Assembly (NCBI GenBank): GCA_026707815.1
Contig: JAPOWB010000008.1
Coordinates: 62,230-126,229, forward strand
DNA: 64,000 bases
Direction of reading: 5' to 3'
DNA from: Candidatus Saccharimonadota bacterium
GTDB taxonomy: Bacteria > Patescibacteriota > Saccharimonadia > Saccharimonadales > VXPC01
Shown: in pieces, positions 8,976 to 19,635 of the stretch
Layout of the letters: each line of letters starts with the position of its first letter
How positions within the stretch are numbered: position 1 is the stretch's first letter
Notes under the pieces: generated by a model
What the model was told of the DNA's origin: nothing
The model's input: the letters and a program-made list of their open reading frames with translations, nothing else
Databases searched by the model: none
Program-made: the position numbers and the translations under genes

Positions 8976-10196
8976 ATGAATAGATATTCATTAATCTCTC
9001 GCTTAGCTCAGCAAGTAGTTCAAAATCACTTAAAAACAATGCCCGTAGCAGTCATTACAGGAGCTAGACAGACTGGCAAAAGTACTCTTGCCAAAGATTT
9101 AATTAGTCCCTCTCGGCAGTTTTATAGCTTAGATGATTTTGAGATTCTGAGCAATTTCTTGCAATACCCTAGGCAATTATTAAGTAGTGACCTACCAATT
9201 ACTATTGATGAAATACAATTAGCCCCCAGTTTATTAAAAGAGATTAAATTGGCGGTAGATCATCATCGCATCGAAGGGCAATTTTTACTGACTGGCTCAG
9301 CTAATCTGCTGCTAATGAAGGATATATCCGAATCATTGGCTGGTCGAGCCAGCTACATAACTTTATGGCCAACAACTCGGCGGGAGCGACTACAGGTAAA
9401 TCCCCCCAGTCTTTGGCAGGAATTATTGAGCTTAGCGGATAGAGATTGGCTGGCATTTTTTAAAAGCCAAAAATTATATCGGGATGATTGGCGAAAATTA
9501 GTTTTAAGAGGTGGTTTCCCAACCCCAGCTTGGCAGCTCAAAACAAACCCGCAATGTTCTATTTGGTTTGATAGCTATATTAAGACCTACTTGGAGCGTG
9601 ATCTTCGGAATATATCATCGATATCATCTTTACCTGATTTTCGTCGCATAATGCAAATTTTATGTCTGAGAATCGGACAATTATTAAATCAAGCAGAAAT
9701 ATCTAGAATAACTGGCATACCTCAACCAACAATTTGGAGATATATTAACTTATTGGAAATTTCCTATATGTTAATTCGCTTACCCGCTTATACATCCAAT
9801 AAGGGGAAAAGTCTATTAAAAACTCCTAAAATATATTGGGCGGATACGGGTTTAGGCTTGCATATTTCTAAGGGTCAAATCAATGGCTTTCATTTAGAAA
9901 ATTTAATCTTAACTGATTTCATGAGCTGGAATGATGCTTCAACTTTGAATGCAGAGATATTCCATTGGCGAACTACATCAGGTCAAGAAGTGGACTTTGT
10001 TATTGAATATAACGGTAATTTATTGCCAATGGAAATCAAAGCTTCAAATTTACCAACAGCTAAAGATATTAAAAATATTCATGTATTCCAAGAGATGTAT
10101 CCTCAGTCTAGATGCGGAATACTACTACACAGTGGTCAAACTTTAGAGTGGCTTAGTCCAAAAGTTTTAGCTTTGCCATGGTGGTATTTAATTTAA
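8976..10196 (+). CDS. AAA+ ATPase with DUF4143 domain
   Basis: GARQTGKS, IDEIQ, LTGSAN, ESLAGR, KTPKIYWADTGL and EVDFVIE...PMEIK motifs. Confidence 0.92.
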   Translation: MNRYSLISRLAQQVVQNHLKTMPVAVITGARQTGKSTLAKDLISPSRQFYSLDDFEILSNFLQYPRQLLSSDLPITIDEIQLAPSLLKEIKLAVDHHRIEGQFLLTGSANLLLMKDISESLAGRASYITLWPTTRRERLQVNPPSLWQELLSLADRDWLAFFKSQKLYRDDWRKLVLRGGFPTPAWQLKTNPQCSIWFDSYIKTYLERDLRNISSISSLPDFRRIMQILCLRIGQLLNQAEISRITGIPQPTIWRYINLLEISYMLIRLPAYTSNKGKSLLKTPKIYWADTGLGLHISKGQINGFHLENLILTDFMSWNDASTLNAEIFHWRTTSGQEVDFVIEYNGNLLPMEIKASNLPTAKDIKNIHVFQEMYPQSRCGILLHSGQTLEWLSPKVLALPWWYLI

Positions 10197-10369
10197 ATGA
10201 AGAGATTATCATATGTATAGTTAAGTTTCCAAAACTGGCAGTTAGATTACAAAAAATTCAGAATATATCTAAAGAATCTTATCTCTTTTATTGAGCGAAG
10301 CATTGCCAAGGTTTATCCTCACCTTGATTTGAAACTAAACAAATAAAATGTATATTAGGAAGTGAAGTA

Positions 10370-10626
10370 ATGTTTAGAAAAATAAAACTATAAGTGGAAC
10401 TAAATTGAGGCAGAATCTTGCTGATATTACTCAAGTTGTCGCTAATGACACAGATGTAATTATCACTTATAGAGGTGTTCAAAAACAGGTAATTATGAGT
10501 CTAGACAGATATGAAGATTTGCTAGCTTCATCGAATCCCAAGTATTTAGCAGATATTAAACAGGCTCGTCTTCAAACTAAATCTGGGCAATATTTAAAAT
10601 TTGATGAAGTCTTCGATAATTTGTAG
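10370..10626 (+). CDS. Phd/YefM antitoxin; 5' end apparently frameshifted
   Basis: The frame KTISGTKLRQNLADI...VIMSLDRYEDL is Phd-like. ATG 10370 is one base out of frame across an A5 run; TTG 10405 is the in-frame alternative. Confidence 0.75.
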
Positions 10627-10890
10627 ATGGCAAAATATCAAGTCATTTTGATCAAGAATACTATTAAAAATTTGGAAAAATTGGATAGAATCATTCTTCA
10701 GCGTATCAAACAAAGATTAGAATATTTCAGAAAGAACAAACCTCTTAGCCAAGCGATTCAACTAACCAAACCAGCAGATGCCCAGTATAGTTGGCGGCTC
10801 GGAGATTATAGAATCTTATTTGATTACAGGAAATCAGATCAAACAATTATTATTTTAAAAATCCAGCACAGAAAAGAAATCTATCGCTAA
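10627..10890 (+). CDS. RelE/ParE-family toxin
   Basis: YSWRLGDYRILF...IQHRKEIYR. Abuts the antitoxin stop. Confidence 0.9.
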   Translation: MAKYQVILIKNTIKNLEKLDRIILQRIKQRLEYFRKNKPLSQAIQLTKPADAQYSWRLGDYRILFDYRKSDQTIIILKIQHRKEIYR

Positions 10891-11106
10891 AATTGATGCA
10901 AATGTGAACTGAATGGGTTTTACACTAGCTCCCATAAATCAAAGCTGCTTATTCATCTAAATGCACCTCACTCCATCATCGTAAGAAAATTTGTTGAATT
11001 AAAATTAGTGGTACACTGAGTAGATATTAACTTACTGTTGTATTCTAAAACACCAAAAGATTATTTCGTTGTTGAATCTTAATACAACAGCATATATAAT
11101 AAAGAT

Positions 11107-12555
11107 ATGGACAGCGAACTATATATTAGACAATATTTAAACCAACAACTAGAACATGGACATCAAGCCCTGAGCCTCAAGCTGATTGACTCGCAAAAAT
11201 CAAGACTACTAATCAGAAAACTCCAACGATATATTCAGCAATTTCTTGGTGGCGAAAAACAGGCTGATCGATGGGTTATTATCCCCGGTCTAAGGGGGGT
11301 GGGTAAAACCACCATATTAGCTCAAACTTACATTTGGCTGGAAGCAACGCATAATATTGAAGATATAAATTTAATCTATATTTCCTTGGATGAAATCATC
11401 CCGCAACTTAATTCTAATCTAAATCAGGTTATGCAAGTTTACGCTCAAGTATTGGGACACGATTGGATTAATTGTAAAAAACCCACCTTCGTCTTTATTG
11501 ATGAAGTTCAGCTTGATATCAATTGGGCGCAAACTTTGAAAGTGATATATGATAAAAACCCTAATCTATTTTTTATTTGCAGCGGCTCATCAGCTACATA
11601 TTTACAACTGAACGCTGATGTTGCGGGACGAAGAGCTATCATTGAAAGGCTTTATCCTTTGGCTTTTACTGAATATCAGTTATTAGCCTATGACAAAGAT
11701 AGCTCCCCTCATTTTAAAGATGAACTGATGACTATTCTTTATTATTCAGATTCAGCTGACATAGTTTTTAAAAAGCTAAAACAAAAACGACTGCTACTTG
11801 ATCGAGCTTGGGCAAAGTATGACAGTAATAATCTTGATCACTACTTAACAATGGGAACTATGCCTTTTGCTCTGCATCAAACTAATAGAGAGAAAACTTA
11901 CATAGCCTTAAGAGGTATGATTGATCAGGTAATTAATAATGATATACAGGCTGTTAAGAACTTTAATCAAGGTAGCCTAGCTGTCATCAGAAGATTGATG
12001 TTTTTATTAGCTGATTCCGGTGATGTTGTTAGCTTAGAAACATTGGGCAAGGTATTGGGGGTAGATAAAAAGCAAATTTGGGAAATGCTAGATACCTTAC
12101 TTAAAACTGAATTATTAATAAAAGTTAATGCTTATGGCAATCATTATACTGCAACCCGCAAACCAGCTCGCTATCATTTTATGAGTCCAGCTATCCGATT
12201 GACTTTAGCTAGCAGTATCAGTAATCGCAACCTGACGATAGCTAGAAGAGGACGATTATTGGAAGATATAGTCAGTTTGTATTATTATCAAAACTTTGCT
12301 ATTAATCATAAAGCTGATTTAACTTATCCTTACAGTGTTAATAACCAGAAAAACTGTGATTTCATTTTAAAGATACTCAATAGCCATAATATAGCTTTAG
12401 AATTTAGTCTTGGTAAAAAGGACATTAAACAATTGGTTGCCACCATGAAGACAATCGATTGTCGTTATGGGTTGATGTTTTCAGATTCTAATCTGAAACT
12501 GATCAAAGATCAGAATATTATTAAGATTCCCATACATTACTTCTTTTTGTCTTAG
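11107..12555 (+). CDS. AAA+ ATPase (paralog of 3287 and 39539)
   Basis: GLRGVGKTT, FIDEVQ, SGSSATYLQLNADVAGRR. Confidence 0.87.
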   Translation: MDSELYIRQYLNQQLEHGHQALSLKLIDSQKSRLLIRKLQRYIQQFLGGEKQADRWVIIPGLRGVGKTTILAQTYIWLEATHNIEDINLIYISLDEIIPQLNSNLNQVMQVYAQVLGHDWINCKKPTFVFIDEVQLDINWAQTLKVIYDKNPNLFFICSGSSATYLQLNADVAGRRAIIERLYPLAFTEYQLLAYDKDSSPHFKDELMTILYYSDSADIVFKKLKQKRLLLDRAWAKYDSNNLDHYLTMGTMPFALHQTNREKTYIALRGMIDQVINNDIQAVKNFNQGSLAVIRRLMFLLADSGDVVSLETLGKVLGVDKKQIWEMLDTLLKTELLIKVNAYGNHYTATRKPARYHFMSPAIRLTLASSISNRNLTIARRGRLLEDIVSLYYYQNFAINHKADLTYPYSVNNQKNCDFILKILNSHNIALEFSLGKKDIKQLVATMKTIDCRYGLMFSDSNLKLIKDQNIIKIPIHYFFLS

Positions 12556-12561
12556 GATTTC

Positions 12562-12737
12562 ATAACCCCAAGATATCCGGCTTCACCATTGTCAAGATCA
12601 TGATTGTTTTGGTGGTTGCTGGCTTGATCCTAGCGGTAGTCTTTATTGCTGTTACGGCTCTGCAGAGGAATCAGAGGAATGGTGCTAGGCAGAATGATGT
12701 GGCATATCTAAAAGCTCAATGTGACACTGTCTTTTAA
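12562..12737 (+). pseudogene. Truncated, degenerate pilin cassette D
   Basis: HNPKISGFTIVKIMIVLVVAGLILAVVFIAVTALQRNQRNGARQNDVAYLKAQCDTVF*. Carries ATAACCCCAAGATATCCGG, has E5K, and is absent from the ORF track. Confidence 0.88.
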
Positions 12738-12873
12738 TGCCATAAATTCGGAAGATCTTAATTAGTCTAATCAGGCTGCTGCTACCCCCCCCCCCTTTTT
12801 TTTAAAAAAAAATGGGAGGTTTTGATTTAAGAAAAAGAACTTAGAATCCCTAAGAGATATATCATATATACAC

Positions 12874-13944
12874 CTAGTGCCTGAACTTAAACAATAAGTG
12901 TCTCAATAAAGTATTTTTCTCTAAACGAGTTAAAATCCAAAAGAATAAATAATGAAGTTTTTTAATACTTAAAGTATAAGTTGGTAAATAATCATAACGT
13001 GTTCGGGTAAATTTTGATTTAAAGATGGTCAGGCCATAGAAATTATGTTTACTGGTAGCTTTGGGTGGAGCTACGCCCCATAGATTATAAACAGATAGAC
13101 CCTGTTTGAGAGCATCTGAGATAGCTTGCTTTTGCAATAAATAGGAAGCCCCCACAGTTTGTCCCCTAGTTGAAGATCCGCCATATAAATAGCTTCTCTC
13201 CCCCTCTAGATCAATCATCACTGCTGAAGCCAAAGCTTCGGAGTTGTCCTCCTCATGCACCAAATAAAGATGCAACTTATTGGCTTTAAAAAACTCTAAG
13301 GCTTGGATTTTAATAAAGCTTAAGGGCTCTTGAACAAATTTTTGGCGATGTTGAGTTAATTGATGAATCTTCAAAAAAGATTCTATACCACTTAAACTAT
13401 TATCAACAGTTACTGATAGATTATTATCTTCGGCTTGTCTAATTTCATATCTTAGTTTGGCGTATCTTTTACCTCTAAATAAAGATTCCTCACTCAAATC
13501 GGTTAAATCCAACTTTAAAGTGCTAGGTGTAGTTAGATTAATTAGGCTTAATCTCAATTTAAACTTAGTCATCAAATCCACATTGTTGGCAGTATTCATT
13601 AAGCAACTGGCCAAATTAATAAAAATAGCTGAAGTCTCTGAAGCTAAAGACTTTAATCTTTCGATTAATGATCTGAAGAGAGCTTCGGGTGGTGAATCGT
13701 CCGAGAAATTGACGAAGACTTTCAAGAAGCGTCCCCGTTTGGCGGGAGTATTAATAACTAAAATTAAAGCCTTTGGTTTTTGATTTTCATAAATCCCCAG
13801 CCTAAAAATCTCAAAGCCAGCCTTTTTGAAGGCTTGACCTTGCTCCCAAGCAGTTAATAAACTGCGTTTGTGAATATCTAAGCTTTTATAAGCTGATTGC
13901 CACTGCTGACTTGTAAAATTAGTTTTCCAAACATATTCAGGCAT
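12874..13944 (-). CDS. FemAB/FemX-family peptidoglycan bridge aminoacyltransferase
   Basis: YLYGGSS, ASYLLQ, YNLWGV and GLTIFKSKF motifs. Confidence 0.82.
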   Translation of the reverse strand: MPEYVWKTNFTSQQWQSAYKSLDIHKRSLLTAWEQGQAFKKAGFEIFRLGIYENQKPKALILVINTPAKRGRFLKVFVNFSDDSPPEALFRSLIERLKSLASETSAIFINLASCLMNTANNVDLMTKFKLRLSLINLTTPSTLKLDLTDLSEESLFRGKRYAKLRYEIRQAEDNNLSVTVDNSLSGIESFLKIHQLTQHRQKFVQEPLSFIKIQALEFFKANKLHLYLVHEEDNSEALASAVMIDLEGERSYLYGGSSTRGQTVGASYLLQKQAISDALKQGLSVYNLWGVAPPKATSKHNFYGLTIFKSKFTRTRYDYLPTYTLSIKKLHYLFFWILTRLEKNTLLRHLLFKFRH

Positions 13945-14073
13945 ATTCTGAAATTATCTGTCAAACCCTCATCTTTATGCAAAACAATCTTAAAATTATC
14001 TAATGTAGTAAATTCAGCTAATTAGAATATAGTAGCTTCAAAATTCTGCTAACATACTAGTTACTAAATACAG

Positions 14074-14535
14074 TTGAAAATGAAATCTGGTACGTTGCAA
14101 ACTAAGTTCAAAGAATATTCCTATGCTCGCAAACTAGATTTAATTACCTCCAACGAACGAGATTTTTTTCATACCCTCAGAAGAGCTGTTAATATTGAGC
14201 ATTACTACATTTTCGTTCAAATTCATTTGTCTGCTTTATTTAAGCATCAAGTTAGGGGGCAAGACTGGCAAAAAGCTTTATCTAAGATTGATCGAAAATC
14301 TGTTGATTATGTAATCTGCACTTTTAAGAGACTTAATCCAGTTTGTGGGATTGAATTAGATGATCTAAGTCATAATCAGCCTGATAGAATCAAAAGAGAC
14401 CAATTTGTCAATGGTCTTTTTCAACGAGCTGGCTTGCCTCTGCTTCGTATAAAGCAATCTGACAAAAATAATTTGGAGTCTTTAAGGGAAAAATTAGGAC
14501 AGATTGAAATTCCACAAAACTTCAGTTTTTATTAA
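14074..14535 (+). CDS. DUF2726 domain protein
   Basis: KSVDYVIC, GIELDDLSH and RDQFVNGLFQRAGLPLLR motifs. Confidence 0.85.
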   Translation: MKMKSGTLQTKFKEYSYARKLDLITSNERDFFHTLRRAVNIEHYYIFVQIHLSALFKHQVRGQDWQKALSKIDRKSVDYVICTFKRLNPVCGIELDDLSHNQPDRIKRDQFVNGLFQRAGLPLLRIKQSDKNNLESLREKLGQIEIPQNFSFY

Positions 14536-14972
14536 CCTAGCAACCAATAAGTGAGACTAGTCCAAGCTAAACCAACCATAAAACCACCAAAAACTTGAGA
14601 CGGTGAATGACCTAAGGCTAGAGAATAAGCTTTTTTCTGATCACCCAGTTTTAAAATTTCAGCAATTTGTCGCAAAGTTTTAGTGTTTTCACCGGTAGCC
14701 CTTCTAACTCCCATCGAATCATAAACTACCACTCCCCAGACGGTTAATGCCAAGCCAAAAATAGTTGAATCAAAGCCTTGATCCAATCCGACCAGCAAGG
14801 CAACTGAGGTTACTAAAGATACATGAGAAGAAGGCATGCCCCCCGAAGTCAGTAAATCATACCAATTTAAGCCGTCTTGTCTCAAAGAAAGAATGATTTT
14901 AATCAGCTGGGCAGTAATCCAACCACCTGTTGCCACGACTATATAAATGTAATCAGATAAGAATTCAATCAT
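14532..14972 (-). CDS. Divergent PAP2 family (DUF212) membrane protein
   Basis: SGGMPSSH, YDSMGVRRATG and LGHSPSQV motifs. Confidence 0.9.
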   Translation of the reverse strand: MIEFLSDYIYIVVATGGWITAQLIKIILSLRQDGLNWYDLLTSGGMPSSHVSLVTSVALLVGLDQGFDSTIFGLALTVWGVVVYDSMGVRRATGENTKTLRQIAEILKLGDQKKAYSLALGHSPSQVFGGFMVGLAWTSLTYWLLG

Positions 14973-17521
14973 GATTTCTGTTTAGAAGCTTGAGATTTCT
15001 TAGATTTTGGTTTAGTCAACTCAGTCCGGGATTCCTCTTCTTCGTTGGCTAAAACAATAGCTGAAACAACTTGATCATCAGCATCAACCTTCATTAAGCG
15101 TACTCCCTGAGTGGCTCGTCGCAAACATCTAATATTCTTAGTTGCCACTCTAATGGTTTTACCTTTTTCTGAAATAGCAACAATTTCAGATTTTGAGGAT
15201 GTTAGACTATGAACGAAAACTAAATTACCAATTTTTTCATTAATAACCAAAGATTTTACTCCATAACCGCCTCGTCGATGAGTGGTAAATTCCTCAATCT
15301 TAGTCCGCTTACCATAACCATTCTGACTTAAAAAGAGTAAGGTCATATCCGGTTCAACTAAATCCATACCGACGACATAATCATCTTGTCTGAGTCTGAT
15401 GCCTCTCACTCCCCTAGCAGTTCGACCCATAGTTCGAACATCTTTTTCTGAGAAGCGATTGGATTGACCTTGAGCGGTTGAAATAATAACTTCATGATCT
15501 CCAGAACTTAGGCGAACATATTTCAGTTCATCTCCTGCCTGTAAATTAATAGTGATTAAACCGTTTTGTCTTAAGTTCTGATATTGGCTTAAAGCCGTCT
15601 TTTTGACAACTCCTTTTTTAGTACACATAAACAGATTGCCTTTAATATCTTCCGCTTTAAAAGAACCTTTATCTATTTTAAACATGGCACTAATAGTTTC
15701 ATCACTTCTCAAAGCTAAAAGATTAGCAATGTTGACTCCCTTAGCATCAATTTTAGCCACAGGAATTTCATGACATCTTAAACTAAAAACTCGACCCGTA
15801 TTAGTGAAAAATAATAAAGTGTCATGAGTATTAGCTTGAATTAAGTCTTGGACTAAATCCTCATCCCGAGTAACAATGCCTCTTCTACCCTTACCACCCC
15901 GTCGTTGTTGCTTATAATCACTGGCTTGGGTTCGCTTAATGTAATTAATAATAGTCAAAGTCACTATAACTTCTTCGTTGGGGATGAGGTCTTCATCACT
16001 GAATTTGTCTAAATCATGAGGAATGATCTGACTCCTGCGTTGATCTTGGAATTTATCTTTTAATTCCAATAATTCTTCTCGAACAACTTTTAAAATTAGT
16101 TTGTCTGAAGCTAGGAGTTTTTCTAATTTGGTAATTAATTTACGTAAATCAGCTAATTCGTCAATAATTTTCTGTCTCTCCAAACCAGCTAGACTACGCA
16201 ATTGCATAGCTAAAATAGCCGAAGCTTGAATATCTGTTAATTTGAATTTTTTAATCAATTGAGCTTTAGCTTCATCTGAAGTTTCAGCCACTCTAATGAG
16301 TTTAATGATGGCGTCAATATGATCTAGGGCAAGGTTTAAGCCTTCAAGAATATGAGCTCTATTTTGAGCTTTATGTAATTCATATTCCGTCCGCCTTCTG
16401 ACAACTGTTTGGCGATGCTTAATATGTTCTTTTAAGATATCCAGTAAGCCTAAAACTCTAGGTTGAATACCATCGATTAAGGCCAGCATATTAAAATGAA
16501 AGGCTGTCTGAAGTGAAGTATATTTATAAAGCTGATTTAAAATCTTCTTAGGGTAAGCATCTTTTTTCAAATCAATGACAATTCTAATTTTGCCTCGAGC
16601 GGATTCATCACGAATATCGGAAATGGCGGTGATTTTTTTATTCCTAACTAAATCAGCAATTCTCTCAATCATGTTAGACATATTGATAGCGTAAGGAATC
16701 TCGGTGATTATAATCCGACTAGTTTTTCTATCTTTTTCCTCTATTTCAGCTTTAGCTCGAATGATAACGCTCCCTCGCCCAGTAGCATAGGCTTTATACA
16801 TATCCTCACCAGCATAGACTAAGCCACCCGTTGGAAAATCTGGGCCCTTAATAAACTTTAAAGCGTCTTCAATTTTCGATTCAGGCTCATCAATTAGAGC
16901 AACTGTCGCATCAATGACTTCAGAAAGATTATGGGGCGGAATGCTAGTCGCCATCCCAACGGCAATCCCAATTTGACCATTGAGCAATAAATTAGGCAGT
17001 TTGGCCGGCAAAACCTCGGGTTCAACTTCTGTGCCATCATAATTGGGTCGAAAATTAACTGTCTCTTTGTCTAAATCATCAAGCAAAACCTCAGCATGTT
17101 TACTAAGCTTAGCTTCCGTATAACGATCAGCGGCAGGAGGATCGCCATCCATAGTCCCAAAATTACCTTGACCAATAATTAGGATATAGCGAGTTGACCA
17201 ATCAACTGCTAATCGAGCCATAGCATCATAAATAGCCAGATTGCCATGAGGATGATACTTGCCCATAACATCGCCAATAATTCGGGCGCTTTTTACGGTC
17301 TTGCTGCCTGATTTGATGCCGTTTTTATTCATGGAATATAAAATCCGTCGATGAACGGGCTTTAAACCATCCCGAACATCCGGCAAAGCTCTGGCGATGA
17401 TGACACTCATGGAATAACGCAGGAAGTTATCTTCCATAGTCTGGGTGATGGACGAAGCTTTGATTTGAGAATTTTGATCTTCTAAATTAGAGTCTGGTTG
17501 ACTGGTTGAATCTTTGTCCAT
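14969..17521 (-). CDS. gyrA: DNA gyrase subunit A
   Basis: [21 protein letters not shown] catalytic Tyr, GyrA box QRRGGKG. Confidence 0.98.
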   Translation of the reverse strand: MDKDSTSQPDSNLEDQNSQIKASSITQTMEDNFLRYSMSVIIARALPDVRDGLKPVHRRILYSMNKNGIKSGSKTVKSARIIGDVMGKYHPHGNLAIYDAMARLAVDWSTRYILIIGQGNFGTMDGDPPAADRYTEAKLSKHAEVLLDDLDKETVNFRPNYDGTEVEPEVLPAKLPNLLLNGQIGIAVGMATSIPPHNLSEVIDATVALIDEPESKIEDALKFIKGPDFPTGGLVYAGEDMYKAYATGRGSVIIRAKAEIEEKDRKTSRIIITEIPYAINMSNMIERIADLVRNKKITAISDIRDESARGKIRIVIDLKKDAYPKKILNQLYKYTSLQTAFHFNMLALIDGIQPRVLGLLDILKEHIKHRQTVVRRRTEYELHKAQNRAHILEGLNLALDHIDAIIKLIRVAETSDEAKAQLIKKFKLTDIQASAILAMQLRSLAGLERQKIIDELADLRKLITKLEKLLASDKLILKVVREELLELKDKFQDQRRSQIIPHDLDKFSDEDLIPNEEVIVTLTIINYIKRTQASDYKQQRRGGKGRRGIVTRDEDLVQDLIQANTHDTLLFFTNTGRVFSLRCHEIPVAKIDAKGVNIANLLALRSDETISAMFKIDKGSFKAEDIKGNLFMCTKKGVVKKTALSQYQNLRQNGLITINLQAGDELKYVRLSSGDHEVIISTAQGQSNRFSEKDVRTMGRTARGVRGIRLRQDDYVVGMDLVEPDMTLLFLSQNGYGKRTKIEEFTTHRRGGYGVKSLVINEKIGNLVFVHSLTSSKSEIVAISEKGKTIRVATKNIRCLRRATQGVRLMKVDADDQVVSAIVLANEEEESRTELTKPKSKKSQASKQKS

Positions 17522-17522
17522 T

Positions 17523-19550
17523 TTAAATATCTAGATCCTTGACAAATTTGGCGTGCGTCTGAATAAAATTTTTACGCAATTCGACTTCTTCACCCATTAA
17601 TTTATTAAAAACCGCATCGGCTTTTTCAGCATCCTCAACCTTTATCTGAAGCAAAATGCGATTGGTTGGATCCATAGTTGTCTCCCATAGTTGTTCAGCA
17701 TCCATTTCTCCTAAACCCTTGAAGCGAGTTACAGAAACTCCAGCTTGTTTTTCTAGTGTTGTTTGCAAAATAGCCTCAGCTTCTGACGAATTATTATTTA
17801 ATTCTGCCGATGGTTGTTGAGGGCTGTTTTTAGCCGAAAATTTCTTAGTCTTTTCGGCAACTAATTTTTCTAATTTAGTCTGATACTCATCATCACTGTA
17901 GATATAGTGGATTTTCTTACCCAGCTTCAAAGCATGAGTTGGGGGCTGAGATAAATATAAATGACCAGCTTCAATAACCGGTCTCATATACCTGAAGAAG
18001 AAAGTCATTAATAAAGTAGCAATATGTGAACCATCAACATCAGCATCTGTCATGATAATAATCTTATGATATCTTAAAGCTTCCAAATCGAATTGTTCAT
18101 CTATGCCAACACCGATGGCTTTAATTAAAGCAACAATCTCTTTATTAGCTAACATTTTATCTAAGCGAGCTCTTTCAACATTTAATACTTTACCCCTCAG
18201 AGGCAAAATGGCTTGGGTCTTGGAATCTCGACCCGTTTTAGCTGAACCACCAGCTGAATCACCTTCGACAATAAATAATTCACTCTCAGCCGGATTGCGG
18301 CTGGAACAATCCCACAATTTACCAGGCATACTAGCGCCTTCTAGAACCCCTTTGCGAATAATGTTATCTCGAGCAGCTCGAGCAGCTCGACGAGCTCGAG
18401 CAGACAGAATAGCCTTAGCGATAATCCCCTGACCTATCTTCGGATTCTCGGCTAGAAAATAACCTAGATACTCATTGACCGTTTTCTCAACCACTCCTCT
18501 GACTTCAGGATTGCCAAGTTTATTCTTGGTTTGACCTTCAAATTGGGGATCAGAAATCTTAACTAAAATAACCGCTGTTAAGCCTTCTCTGACATCTTCC
18601 CCTGTCAGATTTTCATCTTTCTCTTTCAGCAAGCCATTAGATCGAGCATAGTCATTTAAAACTCGGGTTAAGGCTGTTCTAAAACCGACCAAATGCGCCC
18701 CTCCGGCTGAATTAAAGACATTATTGGCGAAAGCTTTGGCTATTTCATTAAAGCCATCATTATATTGTAAAGCGACTTCGACGGAAATTTTATCAACGAT
18801 TTTATCAACATAGAAAACCTTCTCTCCTACAATATCTTTGCCATAATTAAGATGTCGAACATAGGATTGAATGCCCCCTTCAAAATAAAAAGCTCCCCTT
18901 AGATTAGTTTTTTCATCGACCAATAATGTTTTAACTCCCTTGGTCAAATAAGCCTGATGCCGTAAATAATCTAGGATAACTTCAGGGTTGAGTTCTTCCT
19001 TCTTCATAATGCTGTAATCAGGCCAATAAGTAATAATAGTCCCATTCTTATCTGATGCCCCTATTTTCTCAACTTTTGTCTTTGGTTTCCCTTTAGCATA
19101 TTCTTGCTTAAAGACAGAACCCTCGCGATGAACCTCAGCGATAAGCTTACTAGCTAAAGCATTGACAACACTGATGCCCACTCCATGTAGACCACTAGAG
19201 ACTTTATAGCCTGAATCGTCGAACTTACCCCCAGCATGCAAGACTGTCATAATGGTCTCTAGAGCACTCTTATTAGTCTTAGCATGTTTGCCAACCGGAA
19301 TACCTCGCCCATTGTCTTCGACTTTAACTCCACCATCAGCTAACAAAGTGACTTTAATCTCACTGGCAAAACCGGCTAAAGCTTCATCTATACCATTATC
19401 TGCCACCTCCTTAACCATATGGTGCAAGCCCTCTAGACCGGTGCTACCAATATACATGCCCGGTCGCTTACGTACCGGTTCCAAACCTTCTAGAACTTGA
19501 ATAGAGTCTGAGCTATATTGATTAGTTGACTGACTTTTTTTTGTTGACAC
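17523..19550 (-). CDS. gyrB: DNA gyrase subunit B
   Basis: VRKRPGMYIG, EGDSAGG, PLRGK and MTDADVDG motifs. Confidence 0.98.
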   Translation of the reverse strand: MSTKKSQSTNQYSSDSIQVLEGLEPVRKRPGMYIGSTGLEGLHHMVKEVADNGIDEALAGFASEIKVTLLADGGVKVEDNGRGIPVGKHAKTNKSALETIMTVLHAGGKFDDSGYKVSSGLHGVGISVVNALASKLIAEVHREGSVFKQEYAKGKPKTKVEKIGASDKNGTIITYWPDYSIMKKEELNPEVILDYLRHQAYLTKGVKTLLVDEKTNLRGAFYFEGGIQSYVRHLNYGKDIVGEKVFYVDKIVDKISVEVALQYNDGFNEIAKAFANNVFNSAGGAHLVGFRTALTRVLNDYARSNGLLKEKDENLTGEDVREGLTAVILVKISDPQFEGQTKNKLGNPEVRGVVEKTVNEYLGYFLAENPKIGQGIIAKAILSARARRAARAARDNIIRKGVLEGASMPGKLWDCSSRNPAESELFIVEGDSAGGSAKTGRDSKTQAILPLRGKVLNVERARLDKMLANKEIVALIKAIGVGIDEQFDLEALRYHKIIIMTDADVDGSHIATLLMTFFFRYMRPVIEAGHLYLSQPPTHALKLGKKIHYIYSDDEYQTKLEKLVAEKTKKFSAKNSPQQPSAELNNNSSEAEAILQTTLEKQAGVSVTRFKGLGEMDAEQLWETTMDPTNRILLQIKVEDAEKADAVFNKLMGEEVELRKNFIQTHAKFVKDLDI

Positions 19551-19635
19551 AAAAAACCCTTATGATTTCACGTATTTATCCGATATAAATGTCTGTTATA
19601 ATTTGCTTATATTTTAACTTGAAAGAGAGTTTTTT

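Noticed and set aside
1-12800. A recombinase, invertase or transposase within the pilin island
   Set aside because: No ORF shows tyrosine (R-H-R-Y), serine, DDE or Piv/IS110 motifs. It would have to be encoded outside the window.
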